From the NCBI GenBank assembly GCA_001643675.2, contig LSRY02000039.1, forward strand, positions 682,001 through 746,000: 64,000 nucleotides of DNA. Reading direction: 5' to 3'. Each line of letters opens with the position of its first letter. Positions within the stretch are counted from its first letter, which is position 1. The position numbers and the translations under genes were made by a program. This stretch comes from Monocercomonoides exilis PA203 (Eukaryota; Protista; Preaxostyla). Below the pieces are notes generated by a model. It saw nothing but the letters and a program-made list of their open reading frames with translations. It ran no database searches and was not told where the DNA came from. Of the stretch, positions 12,901-25,140 are shown piece after piece.

Positions 12901-15099
12901 CAAAGCGATAAATTGACAGATGAAGATGTTGAAAAAGCATACGTCTTGTCATGCTTCATCAACATCTTCTGCTTCTGCTTCTTCAGCACAACACAAACAG
13001 GTTCCGAGTGAGAAAGCCTTTAAGTGTGCATTTGAAGAGATAGATCATTCAATTTATCTATCCACATTTTCATCAGCTTTGCCATTTTCATCACATAAAT
13101 CTTCTTTTTCTTATTCTTCCTCTTCTTCCAATCTTATCGATTCTGATTTTTGCTTATTCTTTGAGAAATAAATTGTATTTTTTTCTGCATTTCCTTCCGT
13201 TCCGTCAATTATCCTTTTTTCATCTTCCATTTCCTGTTTATTATCACCTTCATTTTCTTTCATAGTACTTATCGCTCTAAGCAAGCATTTCAATAATCTT
13301 GATACGTGTTGTCTTCTTTTAACATATTTCATTTCAAATGAAGGAAAAAGAGAATAAGAAGAGGAAGAATTAATAAAAGAAGAAGAAGAAGAAGCTCTTA
13401 GCGATGAAGCAACATTTCCTGTGTTCAACATGCAAGACGAGCGTCTGACAATCGACTGAATTTCTTCAAACAGCTTGTTCCCTCTGGGAACTATTCATTT
13501 GGAAAAATAATACACAGTATTCGTCTTCTCTTTTGGCTTTCTTCTTCGATTTCTTCTTTTTGTCAGGCATTTTTTTGTGGAAGATATTCAAAAAGAGCAT
13601 TTGAAGTACCTTCAGAGCAGTTTGACCAAAAGATCACGTTAATTGAGATTGAAAGATATTTCATTCTGTGCAAAATTGAATCCTTCTGATGCGATGTGTC
13701 TTGCAGCTTGCAATTAGACAATTTCCAGTTTGTGTGAATTCTTTCGATCAACGAACACATTCAAAATTATTTCCTCTTTCATCATCTGCTGCTCGATCCA
13801 TACAAGCATACTCTCCATCCATCTCTCACCTTTTCCTCCATGTGTGCCTCCTTTAGTGATGCTAGTGAAGCGGAGCAGCCAGTTGCGAATCGAGAGAAAG
13901 AGTTCAACAAGATAAAATTCCAGTGAGTGAATTATTTAAGGTTGCTGTGTAGATCTTATGGTAAATGAAAGTGTGCTGATCGACAGGCTCGAGCTCAATC
14001 ATCATGTTGCTATGCATGAAACCGGATTGATGTGACCTTGTTCTTTAGCTTGTCAAATAAACAGATGAATGCTTCTGAATGGACATCTGCATTCGTGCTG
14101 GTTGCTGAGCGAGTAAAGGCTTTCTTACCCTTCACCATCTTCTCCACAGCTTGTAACAACTGTTGATTTTGATTTTGCATCAGTCTTTGTCTTTTGTTCT
14201 GATTCGTAACCATCTTCTGCGTAAGCTTTTGCTTTTTCTTCTTCTTTTTTGTTTGCTTGTTAATCAGTTTCTGTTATTACTCAATTTTTATTCTCTCCTT
14301 TTTGAGTGTAGAGCACTTTGAAGAAGAGGGGATTGTTGACAGGCTGAGGCATGGAGTTCAAAAGAGGTCACGAATGAGAAAAAAGGAAGAAGCTGGTAGA
14401 TTAGAGAGAAGATGTCAGAGAAGAGGAAGAGGAAGGACAGATTTTGGATGATGAATTTTTGCATAGAGTACATGCTCATCCAAGGAGTGTGACGCTTGTT
14501 TTTGTTATTCGTTTGGAAGCAAGCGGGACAATCATATTATGATAAAAGTGATTGGAGAGAAGAAGGAGATGCGTGTAGAGTGGGAGGGGTTTGTAGGGAA
14601 GACAATTGTAAAGAGGATAATACAATAGGACGGTGAGATGTGTGTCACGTTTATTGGGGAGAGGCTGTTTTGGAGGAGAGAGTTGAAGAGAAGTGGGAGA
14701 AAAAGAGAGATGAGATTGTTTATTGAAGAGAGATGAGTGAAAAGTGAAAAGTCTGGTGCAGAATTTGCGTTTGACATTTGATGGGAAAATGTTTATTTTC
14801 AATTCGGACACAGAGAGAGAGACGATAGACGAGTTTGCTGCAATTGAAGATGCTGTGATTCATTAAAGTTTTCCGTTGATATTGAAATGAAAATGAAGTG
14901 TGTAATCTGCCGAGTCTACAACAAGGAATGGACGATTTGGTTGTTAACTCTGGCATATTCGATGATTGCCAAGAAGAGAATTAAATATCGGATCTGTCCA
15001 AGGAATCGTTCTGGGTATCAAATAGTTGCATCATCTGCATTCCGTAAGATGTTAAGTCTTCTTCGGGTTGATTTAGATGTTTTCTTTTCTATTTTTCTT

Positions 15100-17000
15100 C
15101 TTCTGCGCAATGATGGAACTGCTGGTTCTGTCGCCTACAGCGATTGCGCTGAATTTGCCGGAAGAAAGATAAGAAGAAGAAGACGTTGGAAAGGAAAAGG
15201 AGGCGAAGTGGATGAGTGGGCTGGCAGAGCAGCTGTAGGAGAAGGATAAGATCATCTGGATGAATCAGAGGAAGATTCCGGAGCTGAGCGAGAAGCACAA
15301 CAAAGAGGTGAAAGAAGTGAAGCAGGTGAAGGAGAAGAAGTGCTGGGCTCAGCAAAGAGGAGTGGTGAGCGTGGATGGCAAGCGGAAACTTGTGGGTTGG
15401 GGTGTTACAATTTCCATATCTTCTTCATTAATTTATGCGTATGGCTGGCGGTTCCATCTTTGATTTCCTTAATTCTGTTGTTGGGGCTGTGTGAAAAGTG
15501 CATGTGCTGACGACAAGCAAGCAGAAGATGCTGTTCAAGGAGTCAATTGAGAAGCAGAAGTCAGAGATTGAGCAAAAGAAGCATGAGATAATCAAAATGA
15601 AGGCGTTGTATGAAGAGACAATGGAATATCTGGCTGGGCAGGTGAAGGTGCTGGAAGAGAAGACGGGGAGTGGAAAATTTGTTAGTGGAAGGGAAGGTGT
15701 GACAGAGGAGAAATGGGTCAGTGCGAAGGATGGGTCGAGGATAAAAAGGAGGAGGAACAGAAACTGAGGCGGAGAACATTTGGAAGCGGAGGAGGGTGAA
15801 AATGAAGAAGAAAGAGATGCATGTACGCTGTGTGAGATTCTGGTGTTGCCGTGAAAAGAACCGAAGAGAAAGGACGAAGATTGGATGTCAACAGAAGTAC
15901 CAATAGAAGTAAATAAAAAGGAAGGGAAGACGAGTGTTGTGCAGCGGCTGCATACGCTTCTTAAGCAGAAGACTAACCGCAGAGACTGTGAAGAGTCGGA
16001 GTGGATTGTGAAGTTGTTGAGTGTAACGGGGTTGAGAAATCTGATACAGGTGGTGAATCATTACTGGAAGTACAGATGATGATGGAGCATCCGATAAAAA
16101 CGGTCTCTGTTCCGATGGTGCATGTGGAATACGAAGCGATGCATGCGTTTCGGTTGCCACAAACGCGGAGGTCGTCAGTTCCGATGCAGATGCTGCTGAT
16201 GCCGCTAAAGACAGGGCTGCGACAGAAGTTGGCGTGGACGCTGTCGATGATCCAGGGAATATTTAGAGACAAGATAGCGGCAGACCTGGGCAATGGCAGC
16301 GCTGGGTGGGAAGGTGTGGTGCTTCCAAGGCAGGTCCATGTGGACTTTATTCATATACGACTGGGGGAGAAATTCTCGGAGAAATTGAAGAAAGAGGTAG
16401 TGCAGTTGGCAAGGATGCATGGGGAAGAACTGTTCCGGAAGGACTTGCTGAGATGGAGCAGTTTGGGGAATTTGTGCAGAAGGAGTAAACTGGAGGTGAA
16501 ATGCAGTTTTCCTAACAACTTGACGGTGCTTGAAGTTGTATCGAGAAAAAATTGAAGTGTCTTTTGGTTGCTTGAGGAGATACAGTCGGGGAAGAGATTT
16601 GCTGAAATATCTGTGTTTCCGGCGTTTTTACTGAACTTCAGGATAGAAGCAGCTTCTATATGTTTGTGACGAAGCTGATCTGCGAAATCCTCATCTGCGG
16701 TCTTTGAATAATGAGATTATGAAGACAGAAAGATGCACTGGACAACTTAAAGCAGGAGCTTTATGCAGTATCGAAGGTGACTGGGGAATGGATTGGGCTG
16801 AAGCTACCAGTGGAGATTATACAATCGATGGTGGAGAAGAAAGAATGGCGGTAGGCGTTGTTCCAGATGGTGCGGCTGCTGCGAGGGCTGTTGCGGCTGA
16901 AGCTGTGGAGGAACGACTCAAAAAAAAGCGATCTGCTTTGAGTTTCCTTTGGAGGATGGGCAGCGAGTGGTGCGGTTTCTGCAGACGGTGGCATGAGGAG
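15100..17000 (+). pseudogene. Family X degenerate copy (part 2, coiled-coil region)
   Basis: EQL*EKDKIIWMNQRKIPELSEKHNKEVKE matches 6770-6860 (-) and 40670-40760; VVQRLHTLLKQKT..MMEHPIKT resembles 41640-41860. Confidence 0.55.
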
Positions 17001-17339
17001 GGAGTTAATAGCAAGGCCTTGCCATGTTCTTCATTGGCATTGACATCCTCCTTTTCGTATTCTTTTTCTAATTATTCTTCCTCTTCCTCCTACTCCTCTT
17101 TCTCTTTTTTCTCTTCTATTCTTCACTTATCGATTTTTATGTTTTCAATTTTTCTTCAAATTTTTATTATGTTTCATCAATTAAGGTCATTCTCCTTCCA
17201 TCACTTGTTTCTTTTCACATTCATTTTCTTTCAAAGAATTTTTTGAAAGTGTCAAATATATAGTTAACATTGAGAATGTTTTGTCTTCTTTTTGCTTATT
17301 TCTGAGTAAATAACAGAAAATAAGAAGGTGAAGAAGGTG

Positions 17340-17900
17340 AAGAAGAATAAGACAAATATTGTTTTGAACAAATTGGAATGAAATGTTGTGAAATTGGAGT
17401 GTTAAATGAATCAGGAGAAGAAAGAGGAGAAGAAGAAGGAGAATAAGATGATAATGAAAAAGATAAGGAGGAAGAGGAAGATGAAAAGGAAGAAGAAGAA
17501 GAAGAAGAAGAAGAAGAAAAAGAAGGAGAAGAAGAAGAAGAAGGAGAAGGAGAAGGAGAAGAAGAAGAAGAAGAAGAAGAAGAAGAAGAAGAGAAAAGGA
17601 GTGGAGAGGGAAGAAGCAGATGTGATTGGAGAAGCGATGGGGTCAACAGAAGAGAGAGGAGAAGGAGAAGAAGGTTGAGAACGAGGAGAGAATGAAGAAG
17701 AATCAGAAGAGGAGGAGAGGAGAGAATAGCTGGTTGATAGGGATTGAGGAGAAGAAGAGAAAGAAGAGGAGGAGGAAGAAGAAGAAGATAATGGCGAAGA
17801 GGAAGAAGAAGAAGAAGAAGAAGAAGAAGAAGAAGATAATGGCGAAGAGGAAGAAGAATAAGAATAAGAAGAAGAAGAAGAAGAAGAAGAAGAAACACTT
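17340..17900. repeat. GAA/GGA-rich microsatellite tract (poly-Ser coding remnant on minus strand)
   Basis: Long (GAA)n runs, same texture as the Ser-rich host gene at 49981-64000. Confidence 0.85.
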
Positions 17901-17916
17901 TAAGAACAGAAGCTCC

Positions 17917-18760
17917 TTACGAATTTCTCGAGCAGTTCTTGAATGAGGAGCTTCCAACTGAAACACTTCCCGAAGTCGAACTGTCAATCGAAATGATGCA
18001 ACCTTCAGACAATTTCACTCCATCGGCATCAATTCCATTCAGCACAGCATTTCCACATTGCCCAATCTCAACAACATTTCTTGTTGATTCAACATGTTCC
18101 AGCTTCACATTTATCAATGATATTTCATCTCCACAAAACAGAAACAATGATTTCTTGAATGATAGCATTGTTATTGAGCAGTTGTCAACATGCACAATTC
18201 CATTTTCGATGCTCAGCAATGATGAATCGATAACAACAGCTTCAATGTTTTCTGATGCAAATGTCGAAGAAAAATCAACAAATGAAAGAGAAAGTTGGCC
18301 ATTTGCTTCAAGAATAATTGAATTGCCTGAAGAGGATAATGACTGATCAAAGTTGAATTTCAATCTTTCAATCCGAACAATCCCTGTTGTTGTGATGATG
18401 CTTCCCTCGTCACTAACAATTGTTGAGTTCAGATGAACCAAAGCAGATGAAATAGATTCAAGGGAGCGCACAATAACATTCAACGCACTGCTTTCTCCAT
18501 TGATGATCATTTCCCCTAATATCAACAGCTACGAATTGCGCGAAGGGATGATGTGTTGCACTCCAACATCTAATGACTCACAAGTAAAACGAAATTCTCC
18601 GCATTGCTTGCTGTCTTCCTAGTTTTTATCAGCAGAAGATACAAATAGCGTCTCACTCTGGTATTTCACATCATTCAGCTGAATATCCATTTCTTCTTCT
18701 AAAGAGTCTGTTTCGCAGTCCCATATTGTAGGATATTTCACAAAATGTGCTCTGAAATAT
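17917..18760 (-). pseudogene. Internal fragment of Cys-rich surface protein family
   Basis: IWDCETDSLEEEMDIQLNDVKYQSETLFVSSADKN*EDSKQCGEFRFTCESLDVGVQHIIPS followed by beta-helix-like ORF 17917-18525; truncated at both ends and fused to the GAA tract. Confidence 0.6.
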
Positions 18761-21700
18761 GCAGCAAACTTTCTAAGCTTAAAAAAAGAAAGTTTATATT
18801 TTAATGAATAAATAATGCATTCATATAAAACCAAAACGAAAACTGTTTGACTTACTTGTTTTATATCTTTATCAAACTTGTGGGAGGATTCTTTGCATTT
18901 ATTAAAATTCCAGGCGCATTCTGCGCAATGAAAAAATATAATCAAATAAAATATTGATTTATCAACGAATCTCAATTTGTTTATGAAAAGCAATCAAAAC
19001 AAACTTTGAAGATTTCATGAGTCAACAATTATAAAATAGTCCAAGCTTGAAAAAACCTTTTCACATTGAAATACTGAAATTTTTATTTTGATCAAAATAT
19101 TGGATACATAATATTTTGATCCAAAATGTTTATTATCGAAAAAAGTTAGTTGTGAATCGACAAACATTACTGTGAAAGTTTGAATTTTTCATTGAAATAA
19201 TGGAAACGGAATGTTTTTTAATTAACTTCCATGGGTCAGATTTCTGATCTGTGGTGACTTTTCAAAAAAAATTACCCATATCTTAAGCAAAAAATCGTAA
19301 AACAATGTTATAAAAAAAGAATAGAATAAGAAAAGTTGAAATCGATAAATATTAAATGAAACCAATTAATTTTCAAGTGTTTCATCATCTGAATCGCTAA
19401 CCTTCATCTTCAATAGCCTTTTTTCCTTCTAATGCGTCGATTTCTAAATCTTCCGAAAATTTTGAGATTTGTGTTTTCTTTTTTATTCCTTCTTTCAAAT
19501 TTTAAGCGTCCTGGTTTTCGTCAGAAATTATCATCTCCAATTCCCTTCACAATCCATTCACCCTGGGCATTTTCCATACGAATTCGCTCTCCCAACTCCA
19601 TAGCCACCTTGTACAATGATATATCCCGCTTTTATTCATTTTCATTCTTTTCCGCCTCCTGCCCTGAAAGAAGCACAAAAAACATCAACAAAGAAATGTT
19701 CGTATAAAGAAAAATAAAATAATGACCAAACTGCGCTTCAACTTCTTTTTGCCAAGCACACTAATTTCCATATCCATCATCATTCAAAAACTCAATTTCA
19801 TCATTTCAGTCTCAGAATGGTGAAATTGCAGCAAGGAAAGAATCTCTAAAAAATACATCTTGCATCTCACTGGAGGATCTTTTCAACCTGTCCACATTGT
19901 GTTGCCTGTTAGGATATGTTTTTCTGTTTTTTGCATGATCATCTCCTTTAATAATATTCTCAAATACCAAAAGAAGTATTTGATGTCTATCTCATCAACA
20001 CCTTGCACATGAGGGATATGGGGTAGAGAAGAGATGGAAGAATATTTTTTGTGGCAGGGGGCGAGAGTTGGGTATTTTATGGAATGTTAATCTTTCGAGA
20101 GGGGTTTTTGAAAGGAAGAAATTCTGAGACAAAAAGATGGGGAAGGAACAGGCGGAGATTTGTCGAGGAAAATGTAGAAAATATATAGGGAAGTTGCTGA
20201 GGATGATAAAGAAGGTGATTATTGTTGATTGGAGAAATAGATTTTGAAAAAAAGGAAAAGAGGGTGAAAGCCGATGAGAAGAGGGAAAATGAGAAATGTT
20301 GAAAGACTTGAAAGAAGGGTATTTTTTTGAGAGGAGAAGAATGTTTTATGGAAGAGGATGGGAAAGATGAAGAAAAGGAGGGGATTGATATTTTTTGAGA
20401 AGTTTGGAAGCCAAATTGAAAAGGAAAACAACAAAGAAAAAAACTGTAAGAATTTTTCATTTTCTATTTTTTGAGGGGAAAGGAAAGGAAATTGCAAAAA
20501 GAAAGTGAATTGACTTTGGAAAAATACAGCTTTATTGATTTCCGCAATCTATTCGTCATATATTTTGTGACTGAATTTTTCAAACAAATCAGAAGTTTAT
20601 ACATCAAGCGAGACGTTTTGACCAATCAACAACATCACGTAAAGCGTCCTCGTCATCTATTTCAGGAATGATAGTTAACCGATTAATTTCTCTGCTACCA
20701 CGTCATTTCCTTCTTTTTCGTCTTCTTCTTCTTCTGTTAATCCCCTTTCATTCAATCAATCATCTTCCTCATTTCTCAGTTTGCAAATATAAAATTCGCC
20801 TTCTCACAATTCACTTGCTTGTTCAGCAACAAGCACGCCTGTTATGAATTTCATGGCCAAAAATTTACAAAATTTTCTTCAGTCAAATATTGCTTTTTCT
20901 TCTTCTTCTTCGTCGTCGTCTCATCTTCGTCTTTGTCTTCGTCTTCATCTTCGCGTTTTTCTTGACCTTCTTCACATTTTTTGCTATTAACCTCATCAGA
21001 TGTTTTGTACACTTATATTTTTCATACAAATAGGCCAGAATCATTTTCTGTATATGGAAAGAATTGTAAGATAATCACTCAAAAGCTGCCAAAGATTCGA
21101 GGATATCCGATTTTATTGATAAGCTTGAAACTGCCTGATAAAAAAATTTTGTTTACAATTAACTGCTCCTTCGAAGTTTTCTAAACAGACACAATATATT
21201 GTCCAATCAATGAAATCATATGAAACCATATCAGCATCTTCTTCGAAAATATTTAAAGATAATAAATGGATTTCTCTGTAACGGCATGCATTCACATTCC
21301 TCCTCTTTTTCAATGATATTTCCTACAACTTCGTATTGGATCATTCCATTTTCCTTGGAATGAATATGAGCTGTTCAATCAGCAGCCAGATAATTCGCCC
21401 AAATAAATATTTCATTCAATTTTCCCACTCTCAACAGTATCATCATCGATATCAAAGCCTTCTGTTGGATTGCAGGATGCTCATCTGAACCTCTCTTCTC
21501 TTCTGCAGCACACATCCTGCTATGTTTTGGAGCTTCGAATAGAATTGATGCGCAAGCTGCGCTGAATGGAGTGAATGGGCATCGAATGAAAAATGGCAGT
21601 GGAAGAGGGAAGGAGCTTCAAGGCACATTACATTCGTCCCCTCGCTTTATCACATAGCCAAGAAACGAAGAAAGAGGAGAGTGGGTTCAAATGGAAAAGG

Positions 21701-23660
21701 CAAAGAAGGCGGATTTCAGAAGCAAATTGATCTCAGAGCAGAGGAAAGGGAGACAGCAGGAAGAGCCAAAGGCGAAGACGAAGAAGAAGGAGAAAGACGA
21801 GTTTTGCTCGTTGCAAATTGACGATTTCGACACAAAACTTGCACATGCAGCAACAGAAAGGAGGAGGAGGGACATGGGAAGAGAAGTAGGAGATGACGAT
21901 GAAGATGAACAGCAGCAGACATTTTGCTTGTTCAACAGCGCCTCTCATCTGCCCAGCTGCACACTCAAAACATCATAGCCTCTTCAACATTTTAGACTCC
22001 TCCTTTTTCTCCCTTTCCACACACACAATTGTCTGCTCCTTCTGCTCTTGTTGGAACTCCGCTGAAGCCACTCACTCCTTCTTCTCCTGCCACATACTCA
22101 TTTTCTCTCGCACAGAAATCTCTTGACATTCCTTACCCAAGCACTGCCTCTTTTTCGAACATTTCTTCTTCCTCTCCTTCCTCTCCTTTGAATTCCTCTT
22201 CCACATCACAGCCTTCTTCCCGCTTGCATTCTTCATCTGCCATACACACAAATGATTCACAACTTTCTTCCTCTAACAATATTTCAAATGCAGTTTCTCA
22301 TTCTCCTCCTTCTCTTCTTCTTCCTTTGCTTTTCCTTCTTCTTCTGTCTTCTCCTCTGCTTTCTCCTCTGCTGTCTCCTCTTCTTCCTCTTCATCTTCTC
22401 CTTCTCCAACAATCTCCACTTCTTCCTCTTTTTCTTCATTATCTTCATTATCTTCATTATCTTCATTATCTTCATTATCTTCATTCATTTCTTTTTATTC
22501 CTCCTCCTCCTTATTCTCTTTTGCCTTTATTGCAACTCGAGTACTGACGGAGCAATCGCTGCTGGTGACAGAACCGCATCCGTCATCCTCAACCGCTCCT
22601 TCTCCATTGCCTTCTCCCTCTTCTTCTCCCTCTTCTTCTGACTCTTCTTCTGACTCTTCTTCTGGCTCTTCTTCTGGCTCTTCTTCTTTTTTCGCTCACC
22701 TCTTCAATAATACTGAACCAGCTGATTTTAATGTCAAGGAAAAAGTTCGCGTGCGGAAGTTTGTTGATTTCTGTGTGCCAGGTTGACGTTGATCATGAAA
22801 CAGTTTTTTTTAAAGGAGTTGAAGGAGAAGGTGTTTGCGAGAAAGGTGAGGTGGAATATGTTGTGGTTGTGAAAAGTGAGACCGGCGATGAAGGCGTGGT
22901 TGAGGAAGAGGGAGATGGCTGAGAGGAGAAGAAAATTAAGAAAATGAATGATGCAAATTCGCAGAAAAAGCTTGACAAGTTCTTTTTACGTGCAAGAAGC
23001 GACAAAGCAATGTAATGAAAGATTAATTAGGTAAATATTGGAAATTAAAAATAACAACATGAGTTGTATTTTCAAAAGGGGGATTCAGATGAAGTGAAGC
23101 AGAAATAGAAGAAAGATGGGTGGTGGATGGAGAATAAGTTAAAGTATCATTTCATAAGAAGAATGAGTAAAGAAAAGAAGAGATTGACTCTATTGTGGTC
23201 ATCTCTTGTTGCTTCCCCTCCATTTTTTTTCATTGTTATAATAAGTCGTTGAACGACTCAGCTGGAGCAGGAATTTGGCGATGATGTTCCAGATCAATAA
23301 ATATGAAACACATTTTATAAAATTTTGAACTAACCAATTTTATTTATTTATTTCTATCTATATCATTTTATGTATATTATTTTGTTTTGCAAGTTATGAA
23401 ATTTGTCATTTGCTTTTTTATAAGTTTGTTTCCTATTTTTGAAACTTTTTCAGAAACTTGATCGATATAATATGTATTATATTTTAAAAAAAGGTATGAT
23501 TTTTTGTATTCATGAATAAAACAAACATAAAAAATTATTTTAAATGGTAAATATTCAAAAAAAAAATCATTTTAGGTTGAAAGATCAAAAAATACCACAA
23601 TAGTTATTATTTTTTCGATTTTTGATCTTTTTTTATGATGTCAAAAAAAATCACCCACTT

Positions 23661-24072
23661 GAGAGTTGAATTCTTTTTGATTCATGCAGTGAATGTGTCA
23701 ATACAAACACATGTAGATGCACTAGAGAAATAGGAAATACTATCTGACACGATGATGCTTGTGATCTCGGGTCTCCAAGAAGCAAGGCACTCAAGGATCC
23801 AAGCAGAATATGGATTTGCTGCAGCCAAAACTCTTCGAGTGGAAACAAAGGACCCAATTGTCTCAAGTTAAAAATTGTCCAAGATCAAACCATTTCTCGA
23901 GGCAAGGAGAGCTCGATTGCAACCATCGCAGCACCAACTCCACTATAGAAGAAGATTTCTTCGGCTTCCGGCCCGAAGCATCGGGCCTGCCCAGTTCCGT
24001 CCGAGAACATCAGCCAGACAACAGCGACAAACAGGGAAATGGTTCAGAAGCCAGAAGACATCCAAAATTTAA
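23661..24072 (+). pseudogene. DIRS gag-like ORF, 3' part
   Basis: RVEFFLIHAVNVSIQTHVDALEK*EILSDTMMLVISGLQEARHSRIQAEYGFAAAKTLRVETKDPIVSS*KLSKIKPFLEARR..., ending in an Arg-rich tail just before RT. Confidence 0.65.
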
Positions 24073-24074
24073 TA

Positions 24075-25140
24075 TGAGGCAGGACTCAGATGTTTGCACA
24101 GGAATTGAGGAGCATTGGAGTAAAGAATACAACAACGTTTAACGTTCGCCCAGTTAGGAAAGGGAAATCCGTGAAAGAAAAGTTAATGAAGGAGGAATAT
24201 TTGCGAAGAGGCTTCATTGGCACCAGAAAGGAAGAAGAAGAGTGTGCCAAATGGATACAGGAGAGTTTGTCCAACAACATCATATGCGAAATCAAAGAAG
24301 GAGAGAAAAAATGTTTAAACACTCTGTTCATTAGAAAGAAAAAGACGAGAAATATCAACAGATCCTCGATTGTTGCCCCTTGAACAAAGAAATAAAGGAC
24401 ATTCGCTTCAAATCCGAGGAACACAAAACACTTGAGAAGCTCCTCCGCAAGGACTATTATGCGGTTTCAATAGACCTCTCACAAGCCTATTTCCTTGTCC
24501 CCGTACACAAAGATTTCACTCCCTTCCTTGCTTTCGGCTTCGGAGAGAGGACATCCGCATTCAAAGGTCTCCCATTCAGTCACAAAGATGCTCCACGAAT
24601 ATTAACAAAGCTGATGAGGAAGGTTGTGCAGCAGGTTCGGAAAAGATGGAGGGTCAGATGCATGAATTATTTCTACGATATAATCATTTTGCACGAGGAC
24701 AAAGACGCCTTGCAGAAAGCAACAACAGAAATCGAAGACTGGTTCAACAATCTCGGACTTGTTGTAAACGAAGAGAAGAGCAGGTTGACTCCAAGAAAAA
24801 CGTTCTCCTTCCTTGGTTGGACATGGAACACGCGTGTGATGAAGGTCGCATTGGAGACGAAGCGCAGGTTATCGTTGCAGAAGAAGATAAAACGGTGGAT
24901 GAACTTTGTGTCGAAAAAAACATCGATCAATCCAAAAAAGTTAACATTATATGTTGGTATTATCAGCTTAACTCGATTCGTCTACGCAGACGCCTCTCTA
25001 CACATGAACAGACTATACAAGGAACTCAACAATGCAGTCAGGGAAACCGGATGGACTGGTGCGATGAATCTGAATCTCTCAATCAGGAAACAGATTCAAT
25101 ATTGGTAAACGAGACTGAGAGAGAAGGAGGAAAGACCTTG
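24075..25140 (+). pseudogene. DIRS reverse transcriptase (frameshifted, catalytic YxDD altered)
   Basis: GRTQMFAQELRSIG; KKDEKYQQILDCCPLNK; SIDLSQAYFLVPV; FKGLPFSHKDAPRILTK; NYFYDIII in place of YxDD; GLVVNEEKSRLTPRKTFSFLGWTW; frameshift near 24340. Confidence 0.92.

Larger units (their letters stand above)
10540..19277. mobile_element. 8.7-kb cargo-carrying TIR element nested in 10241-23656
   Basis: Termini GGGTATTTTTTTTTGAAAAGTCAC and GTGACTTTTCAAAAAAAATTACCC; TSD ATAT at 10536-10539 and 19278-19281; AT-rich subterminal regions around a GC-richer cargo. Confidence 0.75.
10241..23656. mobile_element. 13.4-kb cargo-carrying TIR element (GGG..CCC ends, 4-bp TSD) inserted in DIRS gag
   Basis: 28-bp TIR GGGTGATTTTTTTTGA(T/C)ATCATAAAAAA (27/28); TSD ACTT at 10237-10240 and 23657-23660; no transposase motif recognised. 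Confidence 0.85.

Noticed and set aside
13400-14250. Coding-like minus-strand remnant considered as the missing transposase of the GGG..CCC elements
   Set aside because: No DDE/DDD, zinc-finger or HTH motif could be recognised.
19800-20050. Minus-strand remnant FENIIKGDDH..KTYPN..VFFRDS reminiscent of a HAD-family hydrolase C-terminus
   Set aside because: Similarity is too weak and interrupted to call without a profile search.
22433-22485. Regular short repeats here and at 1996-2052 considered as CRISPR-like arrays
   Set aside because: Simple 9-bp tandem repeats without spacers, in a eukaryotic context with no cas genes.
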